In this document: one piece after another, positions 1-12,029 of the stretch
How positions within the stretch are numbered: the first letter of the stretch is position 1
How the letters are laid out: every line of letters starts with the position of its first letter
Assembly: GCA_905178155.1 (NCBI GenBank)
Contig: CAJINV010000004.1
Location: forward strand, 10,072,381 to 10,136,380
DNA from: Amoebophrya sp. A120
Taxonomy: Eukaryota; Protista; Dinoflagellata
DNA length: 64,000 bases
Direction: 5' to 3'
Made by a program: the position numbers and the translations under genes
The notes under the pieces: model-generated
The model's database searches: none
What the model saw: only the letters and a program-made list of their open reading frames with translations
Told to the model about the DNA's origin: nothing

Positions 1-171
1 GGCGCGGCACTGGCCATTCCTCTACTTCGCGACGCGCGTCCCCGTTGCGGTTGCGTTCGAATGTCGCGAGGAGCAAGCCCGCCCGGCCTCGGAAACTGCT
101 CCGACCGCCCAATGCCCTCCAAAGATGCAAGGTCTCTGCACGGGGGCCCCAGCCCCCGTGCTCGGACCTTG
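1..171 (+). mobile_element. Possible Helitron-like 3' end inserted into the left TIR of an introner
   Basis: Perfect 10-bp GC stem GCACGGGGGC(138-147)/GCCCCCGTGC(152-161), then 10 nt ending CTTG. The sequence then resumes mid-TIR (TTTGTGATGC) at an inferred A|T site. Confidence 0.4.
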
Positions 172-442
172 TTTGTGATGCATGAAATGCGACGCAAAAA
201 TAAAAAGACTGCATTGCAGACGACGCAATGAAGGCCGACTATTGTCCTGCTAAGGTTGAAGAATTGGAGTGCTGCTTAGCACGACAGAAGGGCACCCCTT
301 TGTCTTCACCTGCATCACAGACATGCTTTAAATGCTCGTGAAATTTGTCATGCGCCGACTACAAATGCCGCTTCAACTGGAGTCGTTTTTTTGCATCACA
401 AATCATTTCCACTTTGAGGATTTCCAACCTGAGGCTTTCATA
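172..442. mobile_element. Introner family I, left TIR interrupted
   Basis: Right end ...CCAACCTGAGGCTTTCATA resembles the 10212-10518 TIRs. Only the inner part of the left TIR is present. Confidence 0.65.
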
Positions 443-3400
443 TCGTCTGGAGAACTGCTGTGGAATCGCTAGCTGCGGTTGCGTTGAATCAGGATATTGT
501 GTCGACTGAGCCGCTATGCATTGCAAAAGTATCGTACTAGTGTAAATTGCATCACAAATTTTTTCAAGAAAAAAAATGGAAGTTGTAATGCTGATTTACC
601 TATGAGAGGAATATTTGTCATGCATGATAGCAATTACTACTAGTACGACACTTTTGCACAGGATAGCCGCAGCTACACGCAGTGATGATGTACCGCCAGC
701 GGTTGGACCTGCTCTCTAGACATGCCGGTAACCTATGCATTGCAAAAGTAAAAGTATCGTACTACTAGAAATAGCATTACAAATTTTTTCAGAAGGAAAA
801 ATGGAATTTGTAATGCTGAATAAGCTAGGGAACCAGATTTGCATTTGTCATGCATGACTGCAATTACTAAGAGTGCGATGCTTTTGCACAGGATATAATC
901 CGTTGCTCAACTACTTTTCATCTGCAGCTTCGGCACGAAGCACCACAGGAGCCTTGATGATGTCGCTACTTTTCAAGAACGACAAGAAGATGGCGAACAT
1001 TCCTGCGCACCAGCAACAGCATCCGCACCAGCTAGATGAGTCTCTCCTCCTGGACCTGTACCGCACCCAAGAGGCCGCGGACATGGTGCGAGCGGTTCTT
1101 TTGCAGACAGCTCAGGCGAACGGTCATTTTCTCCTTGACGAGGAAAACAAATCTTCTTCGTTTTCCTCCCCAGATGAAGAAAGTGAGGTTTTTTCCAACA
1201 CAGTCGATTTCGCGGAAGACGAGAAAGACGCCGTGATTGCGCACGTGATCGCCGTGTTGGTGTACCTAAAGTTGCAAGACAAGAACATCAGATCGGGAGG
1301 TCACCAGAGGACCGCTACCACTCGTCATGGTCATGATGATGTCCCTGCTGCTGGAGAAACTGACCCGGATGATGAACCCAAATTCTACGTCGAAATTGGG
1401 GTCGGCCCGGGTCCGATCGAGCACAACACGCGCGCGTTGCGCACCTGGCACGGGTACACCGGGCTGCTGCTAGACCCCACGTGCGATATGGATTACAAAT
1501 ATGTCTGGGTCTGGAAACTTGTAATGCTAAAAGTGAATGATAGATGACGCACTGCAATACGCAGCTATGCATGACAAATCTTTTGGCTGACCTGTCTTAC
1601 GTATTTCGCATGGCAAATTGCGTTTGTGCATGACAGGGAAGAGGGCCTTTTCGTGCCTATGCAGCACAGATTCTCAAGTCATGCCAGACAAGCATGACAA
1701 ACTTGCATTCTTCCAGACCCACACACTTTTGCATTTGATGTGCGACAACCCGCGACTGAATTGCCACCCGGAGGCGGTTTTTCCGGAGAACGTGTTGGAG
1801 CTGCTATCACAAGAAAAAAGTGCTGTTACAGTTACACATTGCGATGCAAGACCAGCAACAAGAGACAACCTTTGTCATGCAGGAAATGCTTGGGAGCCTC
1901 GTTTCCTTTCTGTTTTCCCACCTTATGATCTTCGCATTACAAGTTTTCTCTGCCACACGGAAAATTTGTGATGCAGAAACTCCAACAAATGTGTAACTGT
2001 AACACTTTTTTCTCGTGATAGCTGCTGGGAGATAAATATCAAGTTCCGGAGAAGTTTTCCCTCCTCTCCATCGACGTCGACGGGCAGGACTACTGGCTCC
2101 TGAAGAAAATTTTGGAGTCGAAGAGATTTTTCCCAGAAGTTCTCATCGTCGAACACGGATTATGGAGGTTGATTCAGGTCGCGATTGGTCGACGACAAAT
2201 GACCGGAAATATGGAGGTGCCCAGCCTGATAAAGAAGTTGCAGTGGACCGCAATTTAAATCACTTAAAATCCTGATATTTTTCAGCTTGTGTTGTTGTGT
2301 GATCTCCATTAATTTCATAAGCGGTTCAACTACAATCAAAGAATCGACTGTGCTCAACATACCATTTGGAGTACTTACAACTCACTGCTGTACTCGTGAT
2401 TGGGCCTTCAGGAAGAACCCACATTTGATTCTAGGAACCAGGAGCATCGGCTTCAGGAGGCGCACGAACTCCTGCAGAGAGGAGCCTCTCCAACAAAAAC
2501 ATTTTTGGCCGCGCACATAGCGCTCCGTGCAACACACTAAGTCACTCCGGCCATAATTGTGACGATTCCCCACCTGAAACACATCCATACCAACACGGTT
2601 TCTGGTGGCCGGCGCTGCAACTGCCGTTGGATTTGGAGGCGGTGCCGAAGAAACACGTTCTAGATGAATTGCTTGCGCCAGCATCTTATCAAGTGCAAAT
2701 ATGTCTGGGTCTGGAAGAGTGCATGTTTGTCATGCTTGTCTGGCATGGCTCTGAAATCTGTCATGCACGTTACCCAAGAGCCCCATTTTGCTGTCATGCA
2801 GAAACGCAGTTTGTCATGCAGAATAGGCAACACCTAGAACCTCAAAAGCTTGTCATGCTGCGCCAGCACTTGTGGCCTCTTCATGATACGCCATCCAGCA
2901 TCACAAGTTTCCAGGCCCAGACACTTTTACAATCCATACATCTCGCCGTCCTGCTCCTGCTGGAAGCGCAGTAGAAGATGCTGGGTTGAAGGATGATGAC
3001 GCAGCTGTGGCACCAGCAGCTGCTAGGAGAAGTACTGCGACATTTTCCGAAGCCGACCTCAACGCGATCTTCGAACAGAACAGAAACAGTGGAGATGAAA
3101 GAACGGATCCTGGCGAAGCGGTAGAAGAAACAGAGGACATCAACCTGAATGACGATGCGAATTCGAATGACGTGGGCGTTTACCCCGCGACGGCCAAGGC
3201 GCTGCTGAAACTGGCGAACCAACACGGATACACCCTCGTCTACTACGGGGACACGGATCTGATCTTTGTCCGCGAGGAAGAAAGTGTGGTCGCGCCAAAG
3301 CAGGAGGAGCTCCAAGGCCGCGAGACTACAAGCGTTGATGCAGTTGAGCACCAGAATATTAACGTTGTTCCGTACTACCAAACCGTCTTTCCGAACGCAA

Positions 3401-3552
3401 ATGACCTTCCCGCGCTGTGCAACCGGTATCGACAGTCCGAACGGGCGTGGAAACGAGATTTGAGATACAGTGAAAGCAGCTACTGCTTTGAAACGGCCGT
3501 GCAAGGGATCAGCAGAAGGTCTTTTCGGGAGAAGTATGTGAAGCCTGCTTGA
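443..3552 (+). CDS. FkbM-like SAM-dependent methyltransferase domain protein, 5'-partial, 6 internal introner introns
   Basis: Spliced translation is open: FYVEIGVGPGPIEHNTRAL..GYTGLLLDPTCD|NPRLNCHPEAVFPENVLEL|LGDKYQVPEKFSLLSIDVDGQDYWLLKKIL..PEVLIVEHG|FWWP..ALLKLANQHGYTLVY..DLIFVRE. The EIGVG, LSIDVDGxDY and GYxLV motifs are typical of FkbM-like proteins. Stop at 3550-3552. Confidence 0.8.
515..665. mobile_element. Introner family B
   Basis: TATGCATTGCAAAAGTATCGTACTAG...CTAGTACGACACTTTTGCACAGGATA; DR GCCGC; join EP|QLH in frame. Confidence 0.9.
734..895. mobile_element. Introner family B
   Basis: B-type TIRs; DR TAACC/TAATC; join GN|PLL in frame. Confidence 0.88.
1487..1740. mobile_element. 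Introner family A
   Basis: TATGGATTACAAATATGTCTGGGTCTGGAA...TTCCAGACCCACACACTTTTGCATTTGATG; DR TGCGA; join PTCD|NPR. Confidence 0.9.
1805..2020. mobile_element. Introner family G
   Basis: TATCACAAGAAAAAAGTG..TTACAGTTACACA / TGTGTAACTGTAACACTTTTTTCTCGTGATA; DR GCTGC. Confidence 0.92.
2161..2589. mobile_element. Introner family J (long, degenerate)
   Basis: TATGGAGGTTGATTCAGGT / ACCTGAAACACATCCATA. The 7-bp DR AACACGG (2152-2158, 2592-2598) is offset 2 nt from the TIRs; join VEHG|FWW in frame. Confidence 0.7.
2687..2938. mobile_element. Introner family A
   Basis: DR CATCT; close copy of 14321-14573; join APAS|RRP. Confidence 0.92.
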
Positions 3553-5376
3553 CGTACAGTTAGGCAAAATCGAATGCACATCATGCAGCATGTAGTGCTC
3601 CGCCGAAATAAAATGAAAACTGGTGATGAATGGGAAAATAGAAGACATACGACATGGAGTTACTATATACACAACCAACATGAATTATACTTAACACCTC
3701 CACCTAGACCGTGCCGTTTGTACAACTTTTTTTGGCACCACGCACAGAAGATGCAATTGACGAGAGTCAACGCTAGATGTTGCCGTCAAAGAGGTACTGC
3801 TACACTTGATGACCAGATGTTCCGTGCTTTGCTGCTTCATTTTCAACATCTTCTTCATCTTGATATCAAAATAAAAATGATCATCATGTCGAGATGCGAT
3901 GGTGGATGAGGACAAGATAAAGATCCGTAGTAAATCCTTTTGCGAAGATGCGACCACAATTGATTGAATGTGATGAGTTCTTTCCAACTTACCTATTTCT
4001 GTAGCAATATTATACGCTAATAAATGTGTTATGGTAAACTATTTTATATTGACATTTTTCATCTGTGCTATCTTACGGCCTCCGGGCTCCTCCGATTCGA
4101 TGTGTTTGGTTATCTCATATAAAATTCACGCGTCTTGTTTTTTCTTTATTTTTTGACCGATCTCATTACCGAATCCGAAACATCTTTAGGCCATGGGGTA
4201 TTGTATGAAGGCATGAGAGATCCTTGTTTGCATTCTTTTTTATATGTTGTTGCTTCACGACTGATCATGTGTTTGTCCCTGTTCGAGGCAGCACACTTCT
4301 GCAGTCTGAATGCAGCCAAAGCCAAAAAAAACCCATGGGCTTGTGCCAGTGGCGGAAAACTAGTTGAAAATTCTGCTTACTCCTACCCGCTAGGCGTACT
4401 CAGAATTTTGAACTCCGACGTTCCTGATCTCGCTGCCACGGAGGCGCTGGTAGTACTGGGCAGGAAGTAGACGTATAGCTGCAGCATTGCACATACATTT
4501 CACCAGGGCTGGTGGAACTGCTGGTTATCAACTTACGACGTTGTGGTCCTTGTCTGGTCGTTCGGCTGTGCTGCACTTACATACGAAGCTTGTACTTGGT
4601 TTGATTACTGTCCAGCAACCGTCCGCTTCAACGTGTAAGTATGTCGTCGGAACAAGCTGGCATTTGTTATTGAGTAGCAGCAGCCCACCTACTTCCGGTT
4701 TTTGTACTACTGCTCCTGCGGTATCCACTACGTACTTCGCCGGCCCTTCTAATATCGCTCGAGGCAAGCTTCATCTTCCCACCAGCTTGACATGTACGAC
4801 CAGTAATCAAGAGGGGCAACGAGGATGAATTTGAATGGTATTTGGGAAAATAGCAATACAAATGTTGTACTGTGTATCGCAAGAAAAAACTGTTTCACTA
4901 TAAGCTTTTGATACAGAGGATGCATGCGGTTGTCTTCTTGCTCCACGTGCAAGATAGTGGATTTTTTGCCGTGTTTTCCCCGAGGGAGCACTCGGATCAG
5001 GTTTTCTTGGTCATGTAGATGAGAACAAACTTGCAAATGCAATGTGAATGTCAAACTTGGAAAATCGTTCGGGGGAAAGAAACAGTTTTTTCTATGCGGT
5101 TGTTGTACTATCGCAGCTGCACCGACTTCGAACTTCGAGCTGCTGGCCAGACTAGCATGATGGTGAATGTGAGGACGCGGCACCGCATTCACTTGGTTCT
5201 TACGTCGCTGTAGTTTATTCTGGACGTATCACGTCGTGGTTGGTTTTGTGCTAGTGCTTCATCATATCGTCGAAAACAAGTTTGTCATGTCACACCACCG
5301 TCAGGAGGGACCCTCCTGAAAAAATTTTGTTGCTTTCGACGTCGAACCAAACAGCAAATGTGAGAAGCCGAAGTTG

Positions 5377-5494
5377 TATCCAGGAAAAACAGCCATCCCC
5401 ATCGAATTTGTCGATGCAAAACATGCATAGAATCAAAACCTTCCAGTGTTTGTCATGCAAAAAAAGGATGAGGATGGGTGTTTTTTCCTGGATA
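5377..5494. mobile_element. Introner/MITE family F
   Basis: TATCCAGGAAAAACAGCCATC...GATGGGTGTTTTTTCCTGGATA; DR AGTTG; host frame unclear. Confidence 0.88.
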
Positions 5495-6119
5495 AGTTGC
5501 GTGTGAAGTTCTAGCGTCATTTGTCTTGCTATTGGATCGACACTAACATTACGTTTCGGCCAAATACCATTCATCTCAGACGCATGCAGAAGCCCCCCGC
5601 ATCTTCATAGAGACCCAGGCAGCGACCTTACACGGGAATGAAGCTAGCCTAGAGCGGCTCCTCCTGCGCGGTTTGCCATCGTGGAAGGCGGCAGCGGGAA
5701 CAGATCGGCAGCGGAATCTCGGAACGCAGCAGCAGAGGAATCGAACGAGCCACCGGATCCGGAAAGACGGAATCAGTCGGAAGAAACACGACTCGAGAGC
5801 GAAAGGAATCCTGATCCAAGAATCGTCGAACGCAGCAGACAGTCCTCCACTCGAAAGAATACTCGTGGCTTAGGGGCACAGGCGGGGGAATAGACATCTT
5901 CACCTTCTTCACAAATTTTGAACTCGAAAAAAAAAATGCTCAATCTCTGCTACAACATTTGTATCTGACACACGCCAAAGGGGACCACAAGAATTGAGGA
6001 GCAGAGTTGAAGGTCTAACAGTACTTGCGATTATTTGTAGTCTAGCGACATTTTTATATTGGAGTGACACGGGGCATAGCTTGTGGGTGGGGTTCCAAGC
6101 CAATAAGGTATCGAGCCAA

Positions 6120-6830
6120 AATCCGCAAAAATGTGCGCCTTTTTTTCTGTGCGCCGGGGTTTTTTTAGTTTGCATGCCGGCGCCTGTTCTTATTTTTCAA
6201 AAATGCGCCTCTTTTTCTATGCGCCTCTTGTTCTGTGCGCCTCTTTTTCTGTGCGCCTCTTTCTCTGTGCGCCTCTTTTGCCGGCCTGCGCCTCAGTTCC
6301 TGTGCGCCGGGGCCTCCTTGTTAAATGCCGGCGCCGCGGCGCCTTTCTTCCGAACCTGCATGCCTTTTTGCTGTGCGCCCGCCGCCGCCAGGCTCTTGTT
6401 GCGCGCCAGTGCCCCTCTTCTGGCGCCGCTTTTGTTTCACGTGCGCCACTTTGCCTATGTGGCAGTGCCGCTTTGCTTATGTGGCAGGCGCTTTTCTCTG
6501 GCGCCATTTTTTTTTCACGAGCGCTTCTTTGCCTTGCTTGGCTGTGCTGCCAGCCGCTTTGACTTACCGGCGCCTCCTTTCCTCTCTCTGCGCCTCCTTT
6601 GGTGTGCCGCGGGGGGGGGTGTTCTTTTTTCATGCCGGCGCCGCCTTTCTTTCCCTGCGCCTCTGACTATCCTATGTTCCTGTGCGCCCCTTTTCTTATG
6701 CGCCCCTTTTCCTGTGCGCCTCTTTTCCTGTGCGCTACGTCCTTTTGTTTTGCATGCCGGCGCTCGCCTTCCTCGGCGCCTAGTTTATTCCCGTGCGACG
6801 GCCAGCCTTCTTTTCTTGTGGCGCCACCAG
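6120..6830. repeat. Degenerate (TGCGCC + T-tract) minisatellite-like tract
   Basis: Dozens of TGCGCC/GGCGCC motifs separated by T-runs; strongly A-poor on the + strand. Confidence 0.8.
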
Positions 6831-7401
6831 TCGCTACTCTGTAAGTTGAGACTATGAATAAAAAGATTTTGGATCATCGATACAACAACGGTGAATAGCC
6901 CTGTCCCGCGAGTTTATGTCTTTTGTTGTTCCGAAGAACCTTTGGCTCCGAAAATGTCTATTTTTCTTTGCCTGCACGTGTCACCTCCCACTTGAGTACC
7001 CCGACCAGCAGAATTGTCGTTGTCTTCACACAAGTAACCACCACTCTATGCCTCTACGAAGTACCGTGGTGCAGGAAAAAGCGCGCGATACAGATACAGA
7101 TTGATGAAGAAGGCAGCTCAACAAGGGTGGAACTACACAGTCCACTTCTTTTCTCTACTTGCACAGTGCAGCAACTACAATCCAAGAACGAAAAAGACGA
7201 GCTGGTGCGGCGTTGATATTTGCATCCCCAGTCGAGGCTGGAAATGGAATTTGAATTTTGAAGTTTGCCTTTCGGAGGTAAGCAACGGTGTTCAACATCG
7301 TTTGATGCTTTGCATGGCACCAGTTCTTTCTGTATCTCATTCTTTTTCCGGGGGAACAATTTTCCATCTATCTCCAGCATCTATCACTTTCACTTGTGTA
7401 A

Positions 7402-7529
7402 TATCCTCTGCAAAAGTTTCGCACTCGTAGAAATGCAAGTCTTGCATTACAAGTCTTGTTAATTAAAAAGGCAAATCCGCATGACAAATTCTTGCAATTT
7501 ACACCAGTACGATACTTTTTCAATGCATA
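7402..7529. mobile_element. Introner/MITE family B (short)
   Basis: TATCCTCTGCAAAAGTTTCGCACT...AGTACGATACTTTTTCAATGCATA; DR TGTAA; no clear host frame. Confidence 0.8.
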
Positions 7530-8718
7530 TGTAAAGACAAACGTACAACAGCGGTAGAGTCGACTGGCGACGAGGGTGGCTCTTAGTCAGCAGGCTCTTG
7601 ATATGACAGTGCACAACCCCCACTCCCCCGCATGATGAGTAACGCCAAATGCGAAGTTCAGTGGCATTGCTTGCATGTGTTGCCTTGTGTTCCTGCCTGA
7701 ATGACAAGTTTCAGAAACTGCACAAACGATAATTACTAACTTACGACAGAAATCGGCGCAGGAGCCAGCGGCAGGAACAACTTGGCACACAGACAGGCTT
7801 CGTGTTCGCAATAATCGTTGGCGTTTCCGTGGCTTGTCATGCACATGCTCTTCAACTTCAAATGAGGGGGAGAGGTGTTTGTGTACTTTGATACAGAACC
7901 GCTGGAGGCTATGGGAGGAAGCGGAGCACGCGGCGCGTCGCAGCTTTTTACAACCAGCACCTCGTCGACACGATCTCGATTTACGGCGAAATACACTCGA
8001 CTACTAATGTCAATGCACTTCGCAAATATCCAGCCTCAATACAGTCAGATGTAGTATATGTAATGAATAAACTATAATTTGGATTTGCATGATCATGATG
8101 TATGCTCCTACCACAACTTTGTATTAATGTGCGCTATAGCATTTGCATCACGATCACCGTAGTTAATGCAGTTGACACACTAGCAGCTGCAGGACGAATG
8201 AATGATTTACTAGACGAGTCTGCATATATGCGAAGTGCTTGACAAGCGAAAATCATTATGCTCCCCTAAGGGCGGCTTCTGTTGTCTTTTAAGTGAGACA
8301 GAGCCAGCAGCATCATGTCTGCGACCCTTCTAAACTGTCCATTTCTTGTCCTACCAAGATGAGCTCGTCCTACCGAGTTAGTACGCTGAAAAAAAAGATC
8401 ACAACAATAAACGAAGCTGGGAACTACAGTTGTCGTCCCCGTGGTTGTTGACAACTCGTTGTCTTGATCAGCAGCGGCCTTGGTCGATGCTACAAGGTTG
8501 TTCTTTTTTTCGTTCAGCTACAAAAATATCGCTGTGCTGTCGTTATATATTATTTCGAGCAGACGGCTTTTGGATGATCAACAACAACATCAAGATCATC
8601 TTTACGAGGACGGAAATCTTTTTGCTAACGACGAGCAGACCCAGTTGTCTCGTTGACGCACTTGTCGTGTAGTGTGTAAAGCTGGAAGATCGTCAGTGGT
8701 ACGCCCGAGGCATTATTT

Positions 8719-10916
8719 TTGTTTCTCCTTATCATGATTTTTCAGCCCAACAAGCAGATAATGATTGGCCATATGGTCGTGATATTGAACTATTGGTGCC
8801 GAAGATGTCTGGAGGTGTTGGTGTTTTTCCCCCTAGTACAGATGATGAAAACAGGATGGCCGCTAGTTTGGTCGATCATGATGGCATTCGACACGCCTTT
8901 CTTCCTCGCCTTGACCACCACGACCACCTCCCTGACAAACTACAGCGGCCCTATCCAGGAAAAAACACCCATCCCCATCCAATTTGTGATGCAAAACATG
9001 TATAAAGTCCTGTGTTTGATGTCATGCACAAAATGGGTGTTTTTTCCTGGATAGGCCCTGGCGTGATACTAGTAGTGAACGCAGCAAGACCACGGCAATG
9101 GTCTCCGGATTCCCGGTCCTCCGGCGATTCCTCGGGCCAAGACCTGCGGTGGTGGTCAACCGGGCAGCGGGCTGCGAGTAGTGGTTTCACGAACCAGTGC
9201 GGAGACCGACTGGCTACAAGTAGCGATATTGTGCCGCTGAACTACGAACACTTTGCGCAGAAATTCAACACTTTTAAAATGAACCGCATACTGCTGTTCT
9301 CCCGGCAAATTATCGCGGCGAACGCCCAGCTGGGGCAAGCGGAATTTATGCTGTCCATGACTCCGGAACCGAGTGAGAGTCTGATTGGAAAAATCAGAGA
9401 CGAGCTATGAAATGCAATTGATATGCCAATGCCACAGTGGGTTGAGTGGCCCCGGAAGATTCGACTTTGAAATTTTTTGTATTGCAGAACATTAACAGCA
9501 CAGATGAGAAGGTGCAAAAAAATTGACCGTTTCTCACGAGACAGGAGACTACTTATTTGTATTGCGAAAATATCGTGTGCTTTCGCCAAAAATGCTCTTT
9601 ATTAGAAGCCTGCTCTGCAGTTTGAATCTGCAGAGTTTGCATCAATTATGCGAAGAAAGAAGTAAGTAATTGTGTAGGTCTAAGGGCGACCACGTCGAAC
9701 TACATGTGACTTTCCACGTAACAATAGACCACTTCTGAGGACTCCAATGGCAGAGCATTTTTGCATAGGATAGCCGCTTGAGAAGGTGCAGCAAAACTTT
9801 CTTCTGGAATACAACTTCGTTGCAGGACGAGAGCAGCACCCACCAACCGTTCCTTCCAACGACCGCGCTGCTGCCTATACCCCGCAGCAGATGATGCGCG
9901 ACGCGAAACTTCTACGAGACTGGCTGCAGCCACTCAAATCGCACCAAACGGAGCAGTTCTATTCTGATGGCACTGGGCGAGGATCCGGCGTTTCTCTCTT
10001 CGGCTATACCTCTGACTATTCCCTGAAATAAATGTACCATCCCCAACATCCACTCGCCTTGCACGATAAAAGAACAAAGCAGGCTCTTCTCCTGGTTTTG
10101 TATGACAAATTGGATGTTGCGGGTGGCCAAAGATTTTCAGGTGATACTGACGTCAACTGGAACGGTCATCCCGTCTGTAAACTGTACCAGAAAATCGCCG
10201 AAGTGTCCACGTATGGAAGCGTCAGGTTCGAAATCGTCAAAGTTGAAATAATCTGTAATGCATAAAATGCATGACCCGGGGTGCGTGTGTTGCAGAGCAG
10301 GCAAGTGAGGCCGATTGTAAGCCTGTTTGGGGTTACAGCTCGAGCTGCTAAAGTAGCATGAGAAAATCGCTCTTCTTTGCCTAAATAGCGTGACAGACTG
10401 GATTTAGGGACCGCTGAAGTTTGTCATGCGCCACTTGGAAACTGGGTTCCAACTGGCATCCATTTTATGCATGACAAATTATTTCAACTTTGTCGATTTC
10501 AACTCTGACACATCCATACCACGGTGGAGCATTTCATTCCTGCTGCGGCTAGTACTGGTGGTGGGCAAATGCCAGTCACGGGCCGCGGTGTAAACAAAAG
10601 CCGAGTTCCCCCCGCGACCGCGCTGCTCGGCTCCTCCATCTTCTGGCAGCAGAAGCTCGCCCCGTTTGTGGAATTCCGCCAGAACTTCTATTACGGGATC
10701 AGAAAAGTGGCGGAGTTCAACCTGGAGAGTGATGTCTTGGCGCGGGTGCGGAGCATCCAAAATGGCTTGCTAGTCACGGAAGAACAAGAACTACTGAAAA
10801 GCGTAGGACAAAATAGCTCGGCGCGCGGCAATAGGGGGCAAAACTACCACGCAGGCAGCTCCCCAGCAGCTCCCAGGTTCCCGCCCCTGGGGACACCTCG
10901 TAGCAGCAGACCGTAG
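8719..10916 (+). CDS. Hypothetical protein (~423 aa spliced, start uncertain), 4 introner introns
   Basis: ORF pieces 8719/9012/9786/10032/10524 join in frame (YSGP|GVI, RDE|LEK, TSD|VNW, VST|VEH); spliced length 1272 nt. Confidence 0.7.
8952..9053. mobile_element. Introner family F
   Basis: TATCCAGGAAAAAACACCCAT / ATGGGTGTTTTTTCCTGGATA; DR GGCCC. Confidence 0.92.
9406..9772. mobile_element. Introner family K (degenerate)
   Basis: TATGAAATGCAA..ATGCCA / TGGCAGAGCATTTTTGCATAGGATA; decayed DR CGAGC/GCCGC; removing 9406-9777 restores the frame. Confidence 0.65.
10017..10146. mobile_element. Introner family L
   Basis: TATTCCCTGAAA..CAACATCCA / TGGATGTTG..TTTTCAGGTGATA; DR CTGAC. Confidence 0.88.
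10212..10518. mobile_element. Introner family I
   Basis: TATGGAAGCGTCAG..AAAGTTGAAATAAT / ATTATTTCAACTTT..CTGACACATCCATA; DR CCACG. Confidence 0.9.
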
Positions 10917-12029
10917 GGGGACAGATAGTATTTACTTTATACCCTGCCTTCCTGTTCCTGCTAAGAAAGGAGCAGGAATGTCGACAACGAAGACGTCTTC
11001 CGCGGGACGAGATCCAGACATCTTAGTCGTACCTAGTCATGTATTGGTATTGCAACGCAATGTGAATGTAGTAGAAGTACACGAAGTGAAGACGAAAGAG
11101 AAAGTCACAGAGTTTCTATTCCGATCGCAAGCGTAGTTCAGTCTTCTTCTTCATGTGCATATATTTACAAAAACAAATGTACAGTACGCGCTGCCGCTAC
11201 CCAGCAAGCTTTATTTGAATACATTATAGACTTGTAGTTTGCGTAAATACAAGAATCTTGAAGGAACGACAAACGGCCCGCTGTTGTTCGCAGGAGATCT
11301 TTTTGTCTGTTGAAATTTTGCAATTCCAGAAAAATTTTGCTTGCTCAGGGTACGCGAAAGAAGAAATCTTCAGAATGCACTGGGGCTGAACAACGCAGCA
11401 AGCCGGCCGGGTGATGCAGGAAAAAAGTAGATCACGAGGTCGTGGCACTACTACGCCGTCTTCACAGATTCGCCTCTGATCAACCACAACCGGGACGCCA
11501 GAGCCATAAGTAGGCTGTTTATTGCGCCACGAAAGTAGAGTTCGTTGTCGATTTCGATCGAAGATCCGAAGCAGAAACGAAAGACCAAGGCGAAAACTGA
11601 TAGACAGGCCATTGTCGACATCGTCTGATGGTTAGGGTTAGACAATGAAAATAAATGAGGCCTAGGCAATTTGCGATGCTTTGGTTTGAATGATCCTCGC
11701 TGTTATTTTTATCATCGATCTGGCACATTTTCTTTTTCGTACGCAGCAGCAGCGTATCGGATGTGGAGTACCTTTACAGCACACTTTGGGTAAGCTCATG
11801 CACATAATGTCAACTTGAACTTCTGCGGCATGAATACCTATGTTTTGTAGTTTTGATCAATCACGACGGACGAGATAAAGTTACTTACTTATTTTTTTCC
11901 TTTTTTTTTTGTGTGCCGTGCCATCGAGAACCCAGTTCGAACGTTTAGTTTCAATTTGTACAATTAAGCCTGGTGGTGCTTGAGCCTGTATACGTAGTAC
12001 CCACCGTTTTAGTTTTGGGACCACGGCTA

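Noticed and set aside
3553-5290. Short ORFs on either strand as a gene
   Set aside because: No recognisable motif or consistent spliced frame; at most a decayed gene.
5994-6857. 287-aa Cys/Phe/Leu-rich ORF and overlapping ORFs
   Set aside because: An artefact of an A-poor repeat that lacks stop codons.
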